Assembly: GCA_044220955.1 (NCBI GenBank)
Contig: JBGAQA010000001.1
Coordinates: 134,992-198,991, forward strand
DNA length: 64,000 bases
Source: Sandaracinaceae bacterium
GTDB lineage: Bacteria > Myxococcota_A > Polyangia > Polyangiales > Sandaracinaceae
Direction: 5' to 3'
Under the pieces are notes generated by a model. It worked only from the letters and a program-made list of their open reading frames with translations, did not search any database and was not told where the DNA came from. Position 1 is the first letter of the stretch, and every line of letters begins with the position of its first letter. Of this stretch, positions 10,162 through 21,077 are shown piece by piece. The position numbers were made by a program, and so were the translations under genes.

Positions 10162-11349
10162 ATGGCTGGCACCACGACGTACACGTTCGAGCGCCTCATC
10201 GCACCGATGTCGCGCGAGCAGTTCTTCGCCGAGTACTGGGAGAAGAAGCCCCTCGTGGTCCGCCGCGAGGAGCGGGCCTACTACGCGGACCTGCTCTCGG
10301 TGCGCGCGCTCGACCACGTGCTCACCTCGCAGAGCCTGACGCGGACCAGCGCGTTCATCGCCAACGCGTCACGGCAGGTGCAGGCCGAGGAGTTCTGCTT
10401 CCCCGACGGTGTCGTCGACGTCGCGCGCCTCTACCAGCAGTTCGCCGACGGCGGGACGATCGTCTTCAACCAGCTGCACACGGTCCTGCCGATCCTGCAC
10501 GACCTCTGCCGCTCGCTCGAGCGCGAGCTGTCCTGCCGGTTCCAGACGAACATCTACATGACGCCGGGGCGCTCCCAGGGGTTCCCCACGCACTACGACA
10601 GCCACGACGTCTTCATCCTGCAGGTCCACGGGACCAAGCACTGGCAGGTGTTCAACACGCCGATCGAGCTGCCGTTCCGCGGCCAGCCGTTCAAGCGAGA
10701 CGAGACGCCGAAGGGCGACGTCACGCTCGAGTTCGACCTGCACCCGGGCGACATGTTCTACCTGCCGCGCGGCATGATGCACGACGCGCAGACGCGCGAG
10801 GGCGAGACGCTGCACATCACGCTCGGCGCGATCGCGACGAGCTGGACCGAGCTGCTCCTCGAGGCCGTCGCGAAGGTCTCGCTCACCGACCCGGCCTTCC
10901 GGCGCTCGCTGCCGCCGGGCTACTCGCAGACGGGCTACGAACGCGCGGAGGCGCGCGCGAACTTCAAGCAGCTCCTGACGAAGCTCGTGGAGGGCGCCGA
11001 CTTCGACGGTGCGCTCGATCACTTCGCCGACGATCTCGTCTCGACCCGCACGGCGCTGCTCGAGGGGCAGCTCGAGCAGGTGCTGGCCATGAGCAAGATC
11101 CACGAGGGCAGCCGCGCCGGCGCCCGGCCGAACCTGCTCTACCGCTACCGCGAGAAGGACGGGCAGTTCATCGTGTCGTGCTACGGGGCCGAGATGCGCC
11201 TGCCCGACCACGCCGCGGAGCCGACGCGCTTCGCGCTCGAGAACACCAGCTTCCTCGTGAAGGATCTGCCCGGGGATCTCGACGACGCCGGCAAGGTCGT
11301 GCTGATCAAGCGCCTGGTCCGCGAGGGCATGGTCCGCATCCTCGGCTGA
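10162..11349 (+). CDS. JmjC / cupin_4 2OG-Fe(II) oxygenase of the ROX type (YcfD/NO66/MINA53-like)
   Basis: FFAEYWEKKPL, N.Y.TP...GF..HYD.HDVFILQ..G.K.W and L.PGD..YLPRG..H; C-terminal winged-helix-like LIKRLVREG. Confidence 0.92.
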   Translation: MAGTTTYTFERLIAPMSREQFFAEYWEKKPLVVRREERAYYADLLSVRALDHVLTSQSLTRTSAFIANASRQVQAEEFCFPDGVVDVARLYQQFADGGTIVFNQLHTVLPILHDLCRSLERELSCRFQTNIYMTPGRSQGFPTHYDSHDVFILQVHGTKHWQVFNTPIELPFRGQPFKRDETPKGDVTLEFDLHPGDMFYLPRGMMHDAQTREGETLHITLGAIATSWTELLLEAVAKVSLTDPAFRRSLPPGYSQTGYERAEARANFKQLLTKLVEGADFDGALDHFADDLVSTRTALLEGQLEQVLAMSKIHEGSRAGARPNLLYRYREKDGQFIVSCYGAEMRLPDHAAEPTRFALENTSFLVKDLPGDLDDAGKVVLIKRLVREGMVRILG

Positions 11350-11377
11350 CGCGCGCGTTCTCCTGTATCCTGACGGG

Positions 11378-12664
11378 ATGCGTGCCGTCCCTCTGCTGGT
11401 GTGCTGTCTCGCCCTCGCAGGGTGCGACTCGACCCCTCGTCCCGTCGCCGTCGACGCGGCCCTCGATGCGCCCCGCGTCGACGGCGGCCGCGATGGCGGA
11501 GACGACGCGGGCGACGCGATCGACGACACGGGGACGAGCCCCGACGGCGGCTTCGGCACGCAGGACACCGGCGTGCCGCCGGCCGTGTGTCACTTCGACG
11601 TCGCGACCGACTACTTCGAGCTCGACAGCGCCCCTCGCACGGAGTCGCGCCGCCTCGCCGTCGCGGGCGGCCCGACCAGCTTCGGCGTCGTGTACAGCGC
11701 GCCCGCCGCCGCTGGCGCGGAGGACGTCTTCTTCGTGGAGATCCCGTCGGCGTCGGGCATGCCGGGCAGGACCGTCCGCCTGACCTCGGACGGCTCCGTG
11801 AACGGCTCTCCCGTCGTCGCGCGCACGGCCACGGGCTGGATCGTGGCCTGGCTCTCGGATCGCGACGGCAACGTCGAGGTGTACGCGCTCGCGAGCGCCG
11901 CCGACGGCACCTGGCCGACGACCCCCTCGCGCAGGACCACCACGCCCTCGATCGACGAGATCTCGCCCGCGCTCGCGGCGAACGCCACGATCCGGGCCCT
12001 GGCCTGGGCCGAGCCCGGGACGCCGACGACGACCGTCGTCCAGCCCCTCGCTGCCGACGGCGCCTCGAGCGGGACCGCCGCCCGGATCGCGCCCGCGGGG
12101 TTCGCGATGGTGCCGACGGCGTTCACGACGACGGACGAGGGACTGCTCGTCGGCTGGGCGGATCCCGACGGGGACGCCGTGATCCAGCCGCTCGGGACCG
12201 ATCTCGCGGCGGTCGGCTCGCCCCTGCCGCTCACGGCCGATCACGCAGCCGATGGCGCGATCGACGCCGTCGTGGCGTTCGGCGGTGGGGCCGTGGTCTA
12301 CGGCGTCGTCACCGCCGGCACGCGCCACGACGTCCACGCGCACATGCTCGATGGCTCGGGCGACCTGTTCTTCGCCGAGCAGGTGATCACGGTCGGCGAA
12401 GACACCGGCTCGGGCGCGTCGATCGGCGAGGTCGGTGGCGGATACGTGATCGGGTATCGGCAGGCCGGGATCGGCCCGATGCTGCGCGTCTTCGTCGTCG
12501 ACGCGTCGCTGCACGAGGTCGCGCGCGCGGACCTCGTGCCGATGGCCGCGACGGGCAGTCCGATCACCCTCCGCGTCGCGGACGACGGGAACGTTCTCTT
12601 GACCTGGGAAGACCTCGTCGGTACCGTCAATCACATGCGTGTAGCGAGGGTCCGTTGCAACTGA
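11378..12664 (+). CDS. Lipoprotein with a predicted beta-propeller-like domain
   Basis: Lipobox LAGC, DAG-rich linker, and repeated beta-strand units ending in (A/T/G)W. Confidence 0.7.
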   Translation: MRAVPLLVCCLALAGCDSTPRPVAVDAALDAPRVDGGRDGGDDAGDAIDDTGTSPDGGFGTQDTGVPPAVCHFDVATDYFELDSAPRTESRRLAVAGGPTSFGVVYSAPAAAGAEDVFFVEIPSASGMPGRTVRLTSDGSVNGSPVVARTATGWIVAWLSDRDGNVEVYALASAADGTWPTTPSRRTTTPSIDEISPALAANATIRALAWAEPGTPTTTVVQPLAADGASSGTAARIAPAGFAMVPTAFTTTDEGLLVGWADPDGDAVIQPLGTDLAAVGSPLPLTADHAADGAIDAVVAFGGGAVVYGVVTAGTRHDVHAHMLDGSGDLFFAEQVITVGEDTGSGASIGEVGGGYVIGYRQAGIGPMLRVFVVDASLHEVARADLVPMAATGSPITLRVADDGNVLLTWEDLVGTVNHMRVARVRCN

Positions 12665-12711
12665 CGGGGCCGTTCGCTCGGCCGCTCCCGAGCTGCTTGG
12701 CCCTCGCCGCG

Positions 12712-13728
12712 ATGCTGGCGCTCTCGGGGTGCCCGGCGCCCGTGCATCCACCCGGACAGATCGACGCCAACCGGCCCGACGCGGGCCGCGACGGCGGCGC
12801 GAGGGACGCGAACGCGGACGCGAACGAGGACGCCGCGTCCGACATGGACTCGGGGGCGGACGCCGCGCTCGACACGGGCGTCGACGGCGGGGACCCGATC
12901 GACAGCGGCGCCGACAGCCCGAGCGCGGACGACACGGGCCTCGACGCCAACGCGGACGCGTACAACTGCGTGCTGCCCGACGGAGGCGGCTTCGACTTCT
13001 GCGCATGCGAGCCGCCTGTGGGCGCCGACTGCAGCTCCGGGCCCGGAGTCTGTCCGAGCGGTCAGACGTGCCAGCCCGACCGGTGCGGCATGCACTGCGC
13101 GGCGAGCGGCGCCGCGTGCAACACGGACATGGACTGCCCGGCCGGCGCGACGTGTGACTGCCCCGACCCCGCGGCAGGCTGCATGATCGGCTTCTGCCGA
13201 GGAACGCCTTGCACCGATTCCCGCACCTGCCCGCTCGGTTTCGCGTGCGAGTCGGGTGGGTGCGTCAACCGTCGGATCCTCTGCGGAACGGAGTCGACGT
13301 GCCCGTTCGGCTACGTCTGCAACACGGCCCTCTCCGGCGGAACGTGCGTCCGGGTCATGCGCCACTGCGACACGACCCTCGCCTGTACGCACACGCTGCC
13401 GGATGCGCAGCAGTGCGTCGATGTCGATGGCGACGGGACAGGCGAGTGCCAGCTCTCGGCCGGCCCCTGCCTCACCAACGCCGATTGCTCGATGGCCGGC
13501 ACGTGCACGCCCCGCGCGATCCCGGCGCTCGCATCCTGTGGCCGGTTCGGACCGTGTCGCACCGCCGCCGACTGTCTCGGCGGCCAGGAGTGTCGCGACC
13601 TCTTCGGCGACGGAATTCGCGAATGCGTGGATCCGGGAGGGTGCACGAACACGATGGGGTGCCCGGCCGGTCAGGTCTGCGCGACGCCCTCCACGGGCGG
13701 GCCTCCGGCATGCCTGTCGAGGGGATGA
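12712..13728 (+). CDS. Cys-rich lipoprotein
   Basis: Lipobox LSGC, Asp-rich linker, many C-x4-DC-x4-C repeats and a DVDGDG motif. Start approximate. Confidence 0.7.
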   Translation: MLALSGCPAPVHPPGQIDANRPDAGRDGGARDANADANEDAASDMDSGADAALDTGVDGGDPIDSGADSPSADDTGLDANADAYNCVLPDGGGFDFCACEPPVGADCSSGPGVCPSGQTCQPDRCGMHCAASGAACNTDMDCPAGATCDCPDPAAGCMIGFCRGTPCTDSRTCPLGFACESGGCVNRRILCGTESTCPFGYVCNTALSGGTCVRVMRHCDTTLACTHTLPDAQQCVDVDGDGTGECQLSAGPCLTNADCSMAGTCTPRAIPALASCGRFGPCRTAADCLGGQECRDLFGDGIRECVDPGGCTNTMGCPAGQVCATPSTGGPPACLSRG

Positions 13729-13900
13729 GCACTACGAAATCTTTTCGGAGCTTCGCAAAAACGAGCGCCGACGCCAGAGGGCGAGCCCGAGACGCGGGCG
13801 ACAACACGAGGGAAAATCGGTCGAACGCTGCTAGTTAGTGCCGCGGTGACTGGGTCCGATCATTGCAACGCGCCCGCCGCAGCCCGCTCGGAGCCACACC

Positions 13901-16651
13901 ATGCCGCAGTCCAACCCGCGATACCTCTGGAGCGCCCGAGCGCTCGTCTTGAGCGTGATCATCGTGTCGTGCGGCAGCCCACCGCCGAGCGCCGGCCCCG
14001 GACCGAGCGACCACGACCGTGATGGCGGCTCCGCGGGCCCCGACGGCGGGACGATGAGCTGCGCGCTCCCCACCGAGGGCTGCGCGTGCGACGCGACCGA
14101 GCCTCGCTTCTGTTACCTCGAGCCGACGGCCACCGGGAGCGCCGACCTCCTCATCTGCCACCGCGGCACGCGGTACTGCCGTGGTGGTGCCTGGAGCGCC
14201 TGCGAGTCGGTGCAGGACTACACGATCGACACCTCGTCGGCCCTGATCACCGGACCGAGCGCGCCGAACCCGTGTGATCCGTCGTACTACGTCACCACGC
14301 TCAACCCGAGCCCCGGCGATCTGACGCCGATGAACTCGACCAACGCCACGTACAGCCCCAGCAGCGGCGGCATCACCATCACCTCGATGACCGGGCTCAG
14401 CGTCCCGGCGCCCTGCACCCCGCTCACGGCCTGCCCGGCGGGCTTCAACTGCGGCACGATGAGCAACGGCTGCGGCGGATCGATCAGCTGCGGCACGTGC
14501 GGCGGCGGCCTGACGTGCGGCGGCGGCGGCGTGCCAGGGCGCTGCGGCAGCGCCGCCTCGACGTGCGTTCCGACCGGCTGCGGCACGGCGAACTGCGGAC
14601 AGGTGGACAACGGATGCGGCGGCCTCACGGCGAGCTGCGGCACCTGCACCGCGCCCGAGGCGTGCGGCCTCGGCGGCGTGCCGAGCGTCTGCGGCGTGGC
14701 ACCCCCGCCGCCGTGCGTCGGCCCGCTGTGCAGTCGAATCCCCACGTGCAGCGGCGGCGGCACCACGCGGGTCACCGGCATCGTCACCGCGCCGGGGCAC
14801 GATCCGGTCACCGTCTGCAACAACGTGACGATCTGCGACCGGCGCATCTTCGGCATCTGCGTCAGCTCCCACGTCGAGACGCGATGCACCACCTCCAACC
14901 CGTTCGGCGCGGCCGATCCGCTCAACAACATCAACGTGTACGTCCCCGGGACGACCCCCGCGGCGTTCACGCCGGGCGTCGCCTGCGGGAGCTGCGCAGC
15001 GCCGCTGTCCGGCAATCCGATCACGCGCACGACCACCGACATCGACGGAGCCTTCACGCTGACGGGCGTTCCGTGCGGCGCCAACATCCCGCTCGTCATC
15101 CAGCTCGGACGCTGGCGCCGTCAGGTCGTGATCCCGAACGTCGCATGTTGCGGGACCACCACCGTGGACGCGTCGCTGACGCACATGCCCCGGACGAGCG
15201 CCGAGGGCGATATCCCCCGTATCGCCATGGTGACCGGCAACGTCGACGTCATGGAGTGCGTGCTCCGGAAGATCGGCATCGCCGACTCCGAGTTCACCAC
15301 CTCCAGCGGACCAGGACGTGTCCACATCTTCTACGGCAACGGCGAGGACGCGGGGGGCGGCACGGCGGCCGCGAGCACGCTCTGGTCATCGAGCACCGGG
15401 CTCGACCCGTACGACATGATGCTCAATGCCTGCGAGGGGTATCGTCACACGCATACCCAGGCGCAGCAGCAGCGGATCATCGACTACGCGAACCGGGGCG
15501 GCCGCGTTTTCGCGACTCACTTCAACTACACCTGGTTGACGAACAACCCGAGCGCGGACCCCGCGAGCGGTGCGCCCGCTCCGTTCGCGCAGACGGCAGA
15601 CTGGCGCGTCGACTACGGAGCGACCAACTCGACCATGTCGGCCACCATCGACCGGACGTTCACCCGCGGCGACGCCTTCGCGCGCTGGCTCTACAATCGG
15701 GGCGCCTCGACCACCCTCGGCTTCGTCGACGTCGCGGTCATTCGCGTCGACCTGACCGACACCAACCCTCCCGGCCAGCCCTGGCTCTACACGACCTGGT
15801 ACTCGGGCGGCACCCCGTTGCGCATCCCGACCCACTACACGTTCGACACCCCGATCGGCACACCGCCGGCCTCCCAGTGCGGCCGCGTGGTCTTCAGCGA
15901 CTTCCACGTCGAGAACTACTCCGGCGCCAACGGCGTCAACTTCCCCGGGACTTGCACGAATGGCCCGCTGACTCCGCAGGAGCGGGTGCTCGAGTACATG
16001 CTGTTCGACCTCGCGTCGTGCATCGCGACCCCGCCCTGCGTGCCGCAGACGTGCGCCGATCAGGGCATCAGCTGCGGGCTCGCGGCCGACGGCTGCGGCG
16101 CGACCATCTCGTGCGGCGGCTGCCTCGCCCCGGCCAGCTGCGGCGGGGGAGGCACGCCCGGCGTCTGTGGCGCGCCGCCCTGCGTGCCGCTGACGTGCTC
16201 CACGCCGGGCTTCGCCTGCGGCGTGAGCAGCAACGGCTGTGGCGGCACCGTGACGTGCCCCTGCACCACGTACGCGCCGACGGCCACGTTCGTGCAGAAC
16301 TTCTCGTCGCAGCCCAGCCCCTGCGCCATCGACGAGTGCCCGGTGTGGGGCACCTTCCACTACACGGCGGACCTGCCGCCGGGCACGCGCATCGACTTCG
16401 CCTTCGAGACCTCGCAGATGTCGACCGCGTTCCCGTCGCCGCCGACGGCGGTCCTGACGGTGAACCCACCCGCGATGGGGACCTCGAGGATGGGCACCGC
16501 CGACGTGTCCGCGCTGATGGCCAGCGTCTCCGCGCCGGCGAACCGCTACTTCCTGCGCCTCACGACGACGCTCTACTCCGACGCGAGCCGCGCCCGCGCG
16601 CCGACGCTCCAGGAGTCGGACGTCGGCTTCACCTGCGTGCCCTGCAACTGA
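13901..16651 (+). CDS. Large Cys-rich lipoprotein with a carboxypeptidase-regulatory-like domain (myxobacterial family)
   Basis: Lipobox IVSC; CG...(D/N)GCGG...CG.C repeats; TTTDIDGAFTLTGVP.G.NIPLVIQLGRWRR; CGRVVFSDFH; LEYMLFDL.SC. Confidence 0.82.
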   Translation: MPQSNPRYLWSARALVLSVIIVSCGSPPPSAGPGPSDHDRDGGSAGPDGGTMSCALPTEGCACDATEPRFCYLEPTATGSADLLICHRGTRYCRGGAWSACESVQDYTIDTSSALITGPSAPNPCDPSYYVTTLNPSPGDLTPMNSTNATYSPSSGGITITSMTGLSVPAPCTPLTACPAGFNCGTMSNGCGGSISCGTCGGGLTCGGGGVPGRCGSAASTCVPTGCGTANCGQVDNGCGGLTASCGTCTAPEACGLGGVPSVCGVAPPPPCVGPLCSRIPTCSGGGTTRVTGIVTAPGHDPVTVCNNVTICDRRIFGICVSSHVETRCTTSNPFGAADPLNNINVYVPGTTPAAFTPGVACGSCAAPLSGNPITRTTTDIDGAFTLTGVPCGANIPLVIQLGRWRRQVVIPNVACCGTTTVDASLTHMPRTSAEGDIPRIAMVTGNVDVMECVLRKIGIADSEFTTSSGPGRVHIFYGNGEDAGGGTAAASTLWSSSTGLDPYDMMLNACEGYRHTHTQAQQQRIIDYANRGGRVFATHFNYTWLTNNPSADPASGAPAPFAQTADWRVDYGATNSTMSATIDRTFTRGDAFARWLYNRGASTTLGFVDVAVIRVDLTDTNPPGQPWLYTTWYSGGTPLRIPTHYTFDTPIGTPPASQCGRVVFSDFHVENYSGANGVNFPGTCTNGPLTPQERVLEYMLFDLASCIATPPCVPQTCADQGISCGLAADGCGATISCGGCLAPASCGGGGTPGVCGAPPCVPLTCSTPGFACGVSSNGCGGTVTCPCTTYAPTATFVQNFSSQPSPCAIDECPVWGTFHYTADLPPGTRIDFAFETSQMSTAFPSPPTAVLTVNPPAMGTSRMGTADVSALMASVSAPANRYFLRLTTTLYSDASRARAPTLQESDVGFTCVPCN

Positions 16652-16682
16652 GCCGGGGGCTCCGCTGCCCCCTGCTCGAGGC

Positions 16683-18077
16683 ATGACGCCGCTCGACGCG
16701 ATGCTCGTCGCGCTCGGGCGGCGTCTCGCGTCGGACGCCATCCTCACCGGCGCGGACTGCGAGGCGTTCGCGGGAGACGAGAGCGACGTCGCGCCGCGCG
16801 TGCCCGACGCCGTGGTGCGCGCGTCGAGCGCCGCCGACGTGGCGGCGACGCTCTGCCTCGCGAGCGAGCACGGCGTGCCGGTCACCCCGCGCGCCGCGGG
16901 CACCGGCAAGAGCGGCGGGTGCGTGCCCGTCGAGGGCGGCATCGTGCTCTCCATGTCGCGCCTGCGCGCCATCGAGGACGTGAGCGTCGCCGACGGCGTC
17001 GCCGTCGTGCAGCCCGGCGTGGTGCTCGCCCACGTCCACGACGCCGTGGAGAAGGAAGGCCTCTTCTACGCGCCAGATCCGAACAGCCTCGCGGAGTGCA
17101 CGATCGGGGGCAACGTCGCCGAGAACGCGGCTGGCCCGCGCACCCTGAAGTACGGGCCGACGCGCGACTGGGTCCTCGGGCTCGAGATCGTCACGGGCGA
17201 CGGGACGCCCCTCACGCTCGGCACCCGCACGCACAAGGGCGTGACCGGCTACGACCTCGTCTCGCTCATGGTCGGCAGCGAGGGCACGCTCGGCGTCGTG
17301 ACGCGGGCGACGCTGCGCCTGGCCCCCAAGCCGCAGGCGATCGCGACCCTCGCGGCGCTCCTGCCGTCCTCGGCGGCCATCGGCCCGGCGGTGCTCGCGC
17401 TGGGCGCGCACGGGATCTCGCCTCGCTGCATCGAGCTCTTCGACGAGCGGACGCTCGGGTTCCTGCGCGCGGCGAGCCCCTTCCCCATCGCCGAGTCGAT
17501 GCGCGCGATGCTCCTCGTCGAGCTCGACGGCGACGCCAGCGCGCTCGAGGGCGGGATCGAGCGGGCGGGCAGCGTGCTCGTCGACGCGGGCGCGGACGTC
17601 CTGGTCGCCAAGCACGGCGCGGACCGCGAGAAGCTCTGGAGCGTCCGGCGCGAGCTCTCGCGCGCGCTGCGACGGAGCGCGCTGGGCAAGATCTCCGAGG
17701 ACGTGGTCGTCCCGCGCAGCCGCCTCGGGGAGCTGATCGACCAGAGCGCGCGCATCGGCGAGCGGCACGCGCTGCGCTCGGCGTCGTATGGGCACGCAGG
17801 CGACGGGAACCTGCACGTGAACTTCCTCTGGGACACGCCGGACGCGATGCCGCGCGTGCGCGCTGCGATGGCGGAGCTGTTCCACGTCGTGATCGCGATG
17901 CGCGGCACGCTCAGCGGAGAGCACGGCATCGGGGCCTCGAAGTCCGCCTTCCTCGCCCAGGAGCAGTCGCCGGACGTGATCGCGCTGCAGCAGCGAGTGC
18001 GCTCGGTCTTCGATCCGAAGGGGATCCTCAACCCGGGCAAGATCTTCGGGACGAGCGGAGGCCATCGAGCGTGCTGA
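16683..18077 (+). CDS. glcD: FAD-linked oxidase (glycolate oxidase GlcD / D-lactate dehydrogenase family)
   Basis: PRAAGTG.SGG, PDPNS...TIGGNVAEN, GSEGTLG, GHAGDGNLH, SGEHGIG and FDPKGILNPGK. Confidence 0.85.
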   Translation: MTPLDAMLVALGRRLASDAILTGADCEAFAGDESDVAPRVPDAVVRASSAADVAATLCLASEHGVPVTPRAAGTGKSGGCVPVEGGIVLSMSRLRAIEDVSVADGVAVVQPGVVLAHVHDAVEKEGLFYAPDPNSLAECTIGGNVAENAAGPRTLKYGPTRDWVLGLEIVTGDGTPLTLGTRTHKGVTGYDLVSLMVGSEGTLGVVTRATLRLAPKPQAIATLAALLPSSAAIGPAVLALGAHGISPRCIELFDERTLGFLRAASPFPIAESMRAMLLVELDGDASALEGGIERAGSVLVDAGADVLVAKHGADREKLWSVRRELSRALRRSALGKISEDVVVPRSRLGELIDQSARIGERHALRSASYGHAGDGNLHVNFLWDTPDAMPRVRAAMAELFHVVIAMRGTLSGEHGIGASKSAFLAQEQSPDVIALQQRVRSVFDPKGILNPGKIFGTSGGHRAC

Positions 18078-18100
18078 GCGAGCCGCGAGCGCGGGGCGAC

Positions 18101-19453
18101 ATGAAGAGCATCGCGCGCGAGCACGGGTTTCTCCCGCTGCGCGTCGAGGGGCGCATCCCCCGCGGGCTCGAGGGGATGCTCGTCCGGACGGGGCCCGGCC
18201 TCTACGAGCGCTTCGGCGCGCGCGTCGGCCACTCGTTCGAGGCCGACGGCGCGCTCTCGGCCGTGCGCATCCGTGGCGGGCAGGCCGAGGGCGCGGTGCG
18301 GCTCTGCCGGAGCCGCGAGATGGAGGAGGAGGACCGCGCGGGGCGCTCGCTCTACGGGCCGCGCGCGCACCCGCTGCGCCGCATCGCCAACGCGCTGCTC
18401 CGGCGCGCGAAGAACACGGGCAACACGAGCGTGCTCGCCTGGCAGGACCGCCTCTTCGCGCTCGTCGAGTCGAACAGGCCGCTCGAGATCCGGCAGGACG
18501 ACCTCTCGACGCGCGGCGAGACCGACCTCGGAGGCGTCATCACGTCGGCGTTCTCGGCGCACCCGCACCGGGTGGTCCCGCGGCGCGCGACCTACAACTT
18601 CGGCCTCGACTACGGCCGGCAGACGAGCGTCGTGCTCTACGAGCTGCCCTGGGAGGGCCGTGCGCGACGCCTCTTCTCGTTGCCCCTGCGCGCGCCGGTG
18701 ATGCTGCACGACTTCGCGGTCGGCCCGCGCCACGCGGCGTTCTTCGTCTCGCCCGTCGAGATCAACATCCCGCGCGCCGTGCTCGGCTCGGGCGCGCTCG
18801 GGAGCCTGATGCAGTGGCGACCGCGGCACGGCACGGAGGTGATCGTCGTCCCGCTCGATCGGCCGGAGCGCGCGTCGCGCTGGACGGTCCCGGCGTTCTT
18901 CCAGTGGCACTTCGCGGGCCTCGCCGAGCGCGGCCACGAGCTCGTCGTCCACTACGCCCGTTACGACGACTTCGCGAGCTTCAGCGAGCTCGCCGGCAGC
19001 GCCGTCACGAAGAAGGGTGTCCTCCACGAGGCCGTGCTCGATCCGATCGCGCGCACGATGACGAGCCGTCCCGTCTGGGACGGCGCGAGCGAGTTCCCCG
19101 TGCTCGACCCGCGCTACGAGGCGTGCGGGTACCGCGAGGTGTTCCTCACGAGCGAGCAGGCGGGGCGCAAGGCGCTCGCGCGGCTCGACCTCCGGACGGG
19201 GCGCGCGCGCATGGCGGTGCTCGGCGAGACCGAGCTCGCCTCCGAGGTGCTCTTCGTCCCGCGCGATCCGGGGGCGCCCGAGGGCGACGGCTGGGGCCTC
19301 TCGCTGATCTACGACGCGCAGGACGACGCGAGCCACGTCGCGATCTTCGACACGGCGCGCTGGGAGGACGGCCCCGTCGCCCGCTGTCACTTCGAGACGC
19401 ACGTCCCGATGACGTTCCACGGCACGTGGATCCCGTCGCGAGCGATCGCGTGA
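18101..19453 (+). CDS. Carotenoid/stilbenoid cleavage oxygenase (RPE65 family)
   Basis: VEGRIP..L.G...R.GPG; four Fe-ligand His contexts (SAHP, MLHDF, QWHF, TFHG); EFPVLD. Confidence 0.9.
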   Translation: MKSIAREHGFLPLRVEGRIPRGLEGMLVRTGPGLYERFGARVGHSFEADGALSAVRIRGGQAEGAVRLCRSREMEEEDRAGRSLYGPRAHPLRRIANALLRRAKNTGNTSVLAWQDRLFALVESNRPLEIRQDDLSTRGETDLGGVITSAFSAHPHRVVPRRATYNFGLDYGRQTSVVLYELPWEGRARRLFSLPLRAPVMLHDFAVGPRHAAFFVSPVEINIPRAVLGSGALGSLMQWRPRHGTEVIVVPLDRPERASRWTVPAFFQWHFAGLAERGHELVVHYARYDDFASFSELAGSAVTKKGVLHEAVLDPIARTMTSRPVWDGASEFPVLDPRYEACGYREVFLTSEQAGRKALARLDLRTGRARMAVLGETELASEVLFVPRDPGAPEGDGWGLSLIYDAQDDASHVAIFDTARWEDGPVARCHFETHVPMTFHGTWIPSRAIA

Positions 19454-19529
19454 GCGGCGCTCCCGCGCGGCGCCCGCGCGGACGCGATCTCCCGCTCGCC
19501 CCGCGCCGAGGTGCCGTACACTTTCGCGC

Positions 19530-21062
<1,533 letters not shown>

Positions 21063-21077
21063 CGCCCCGGCCGCAGG

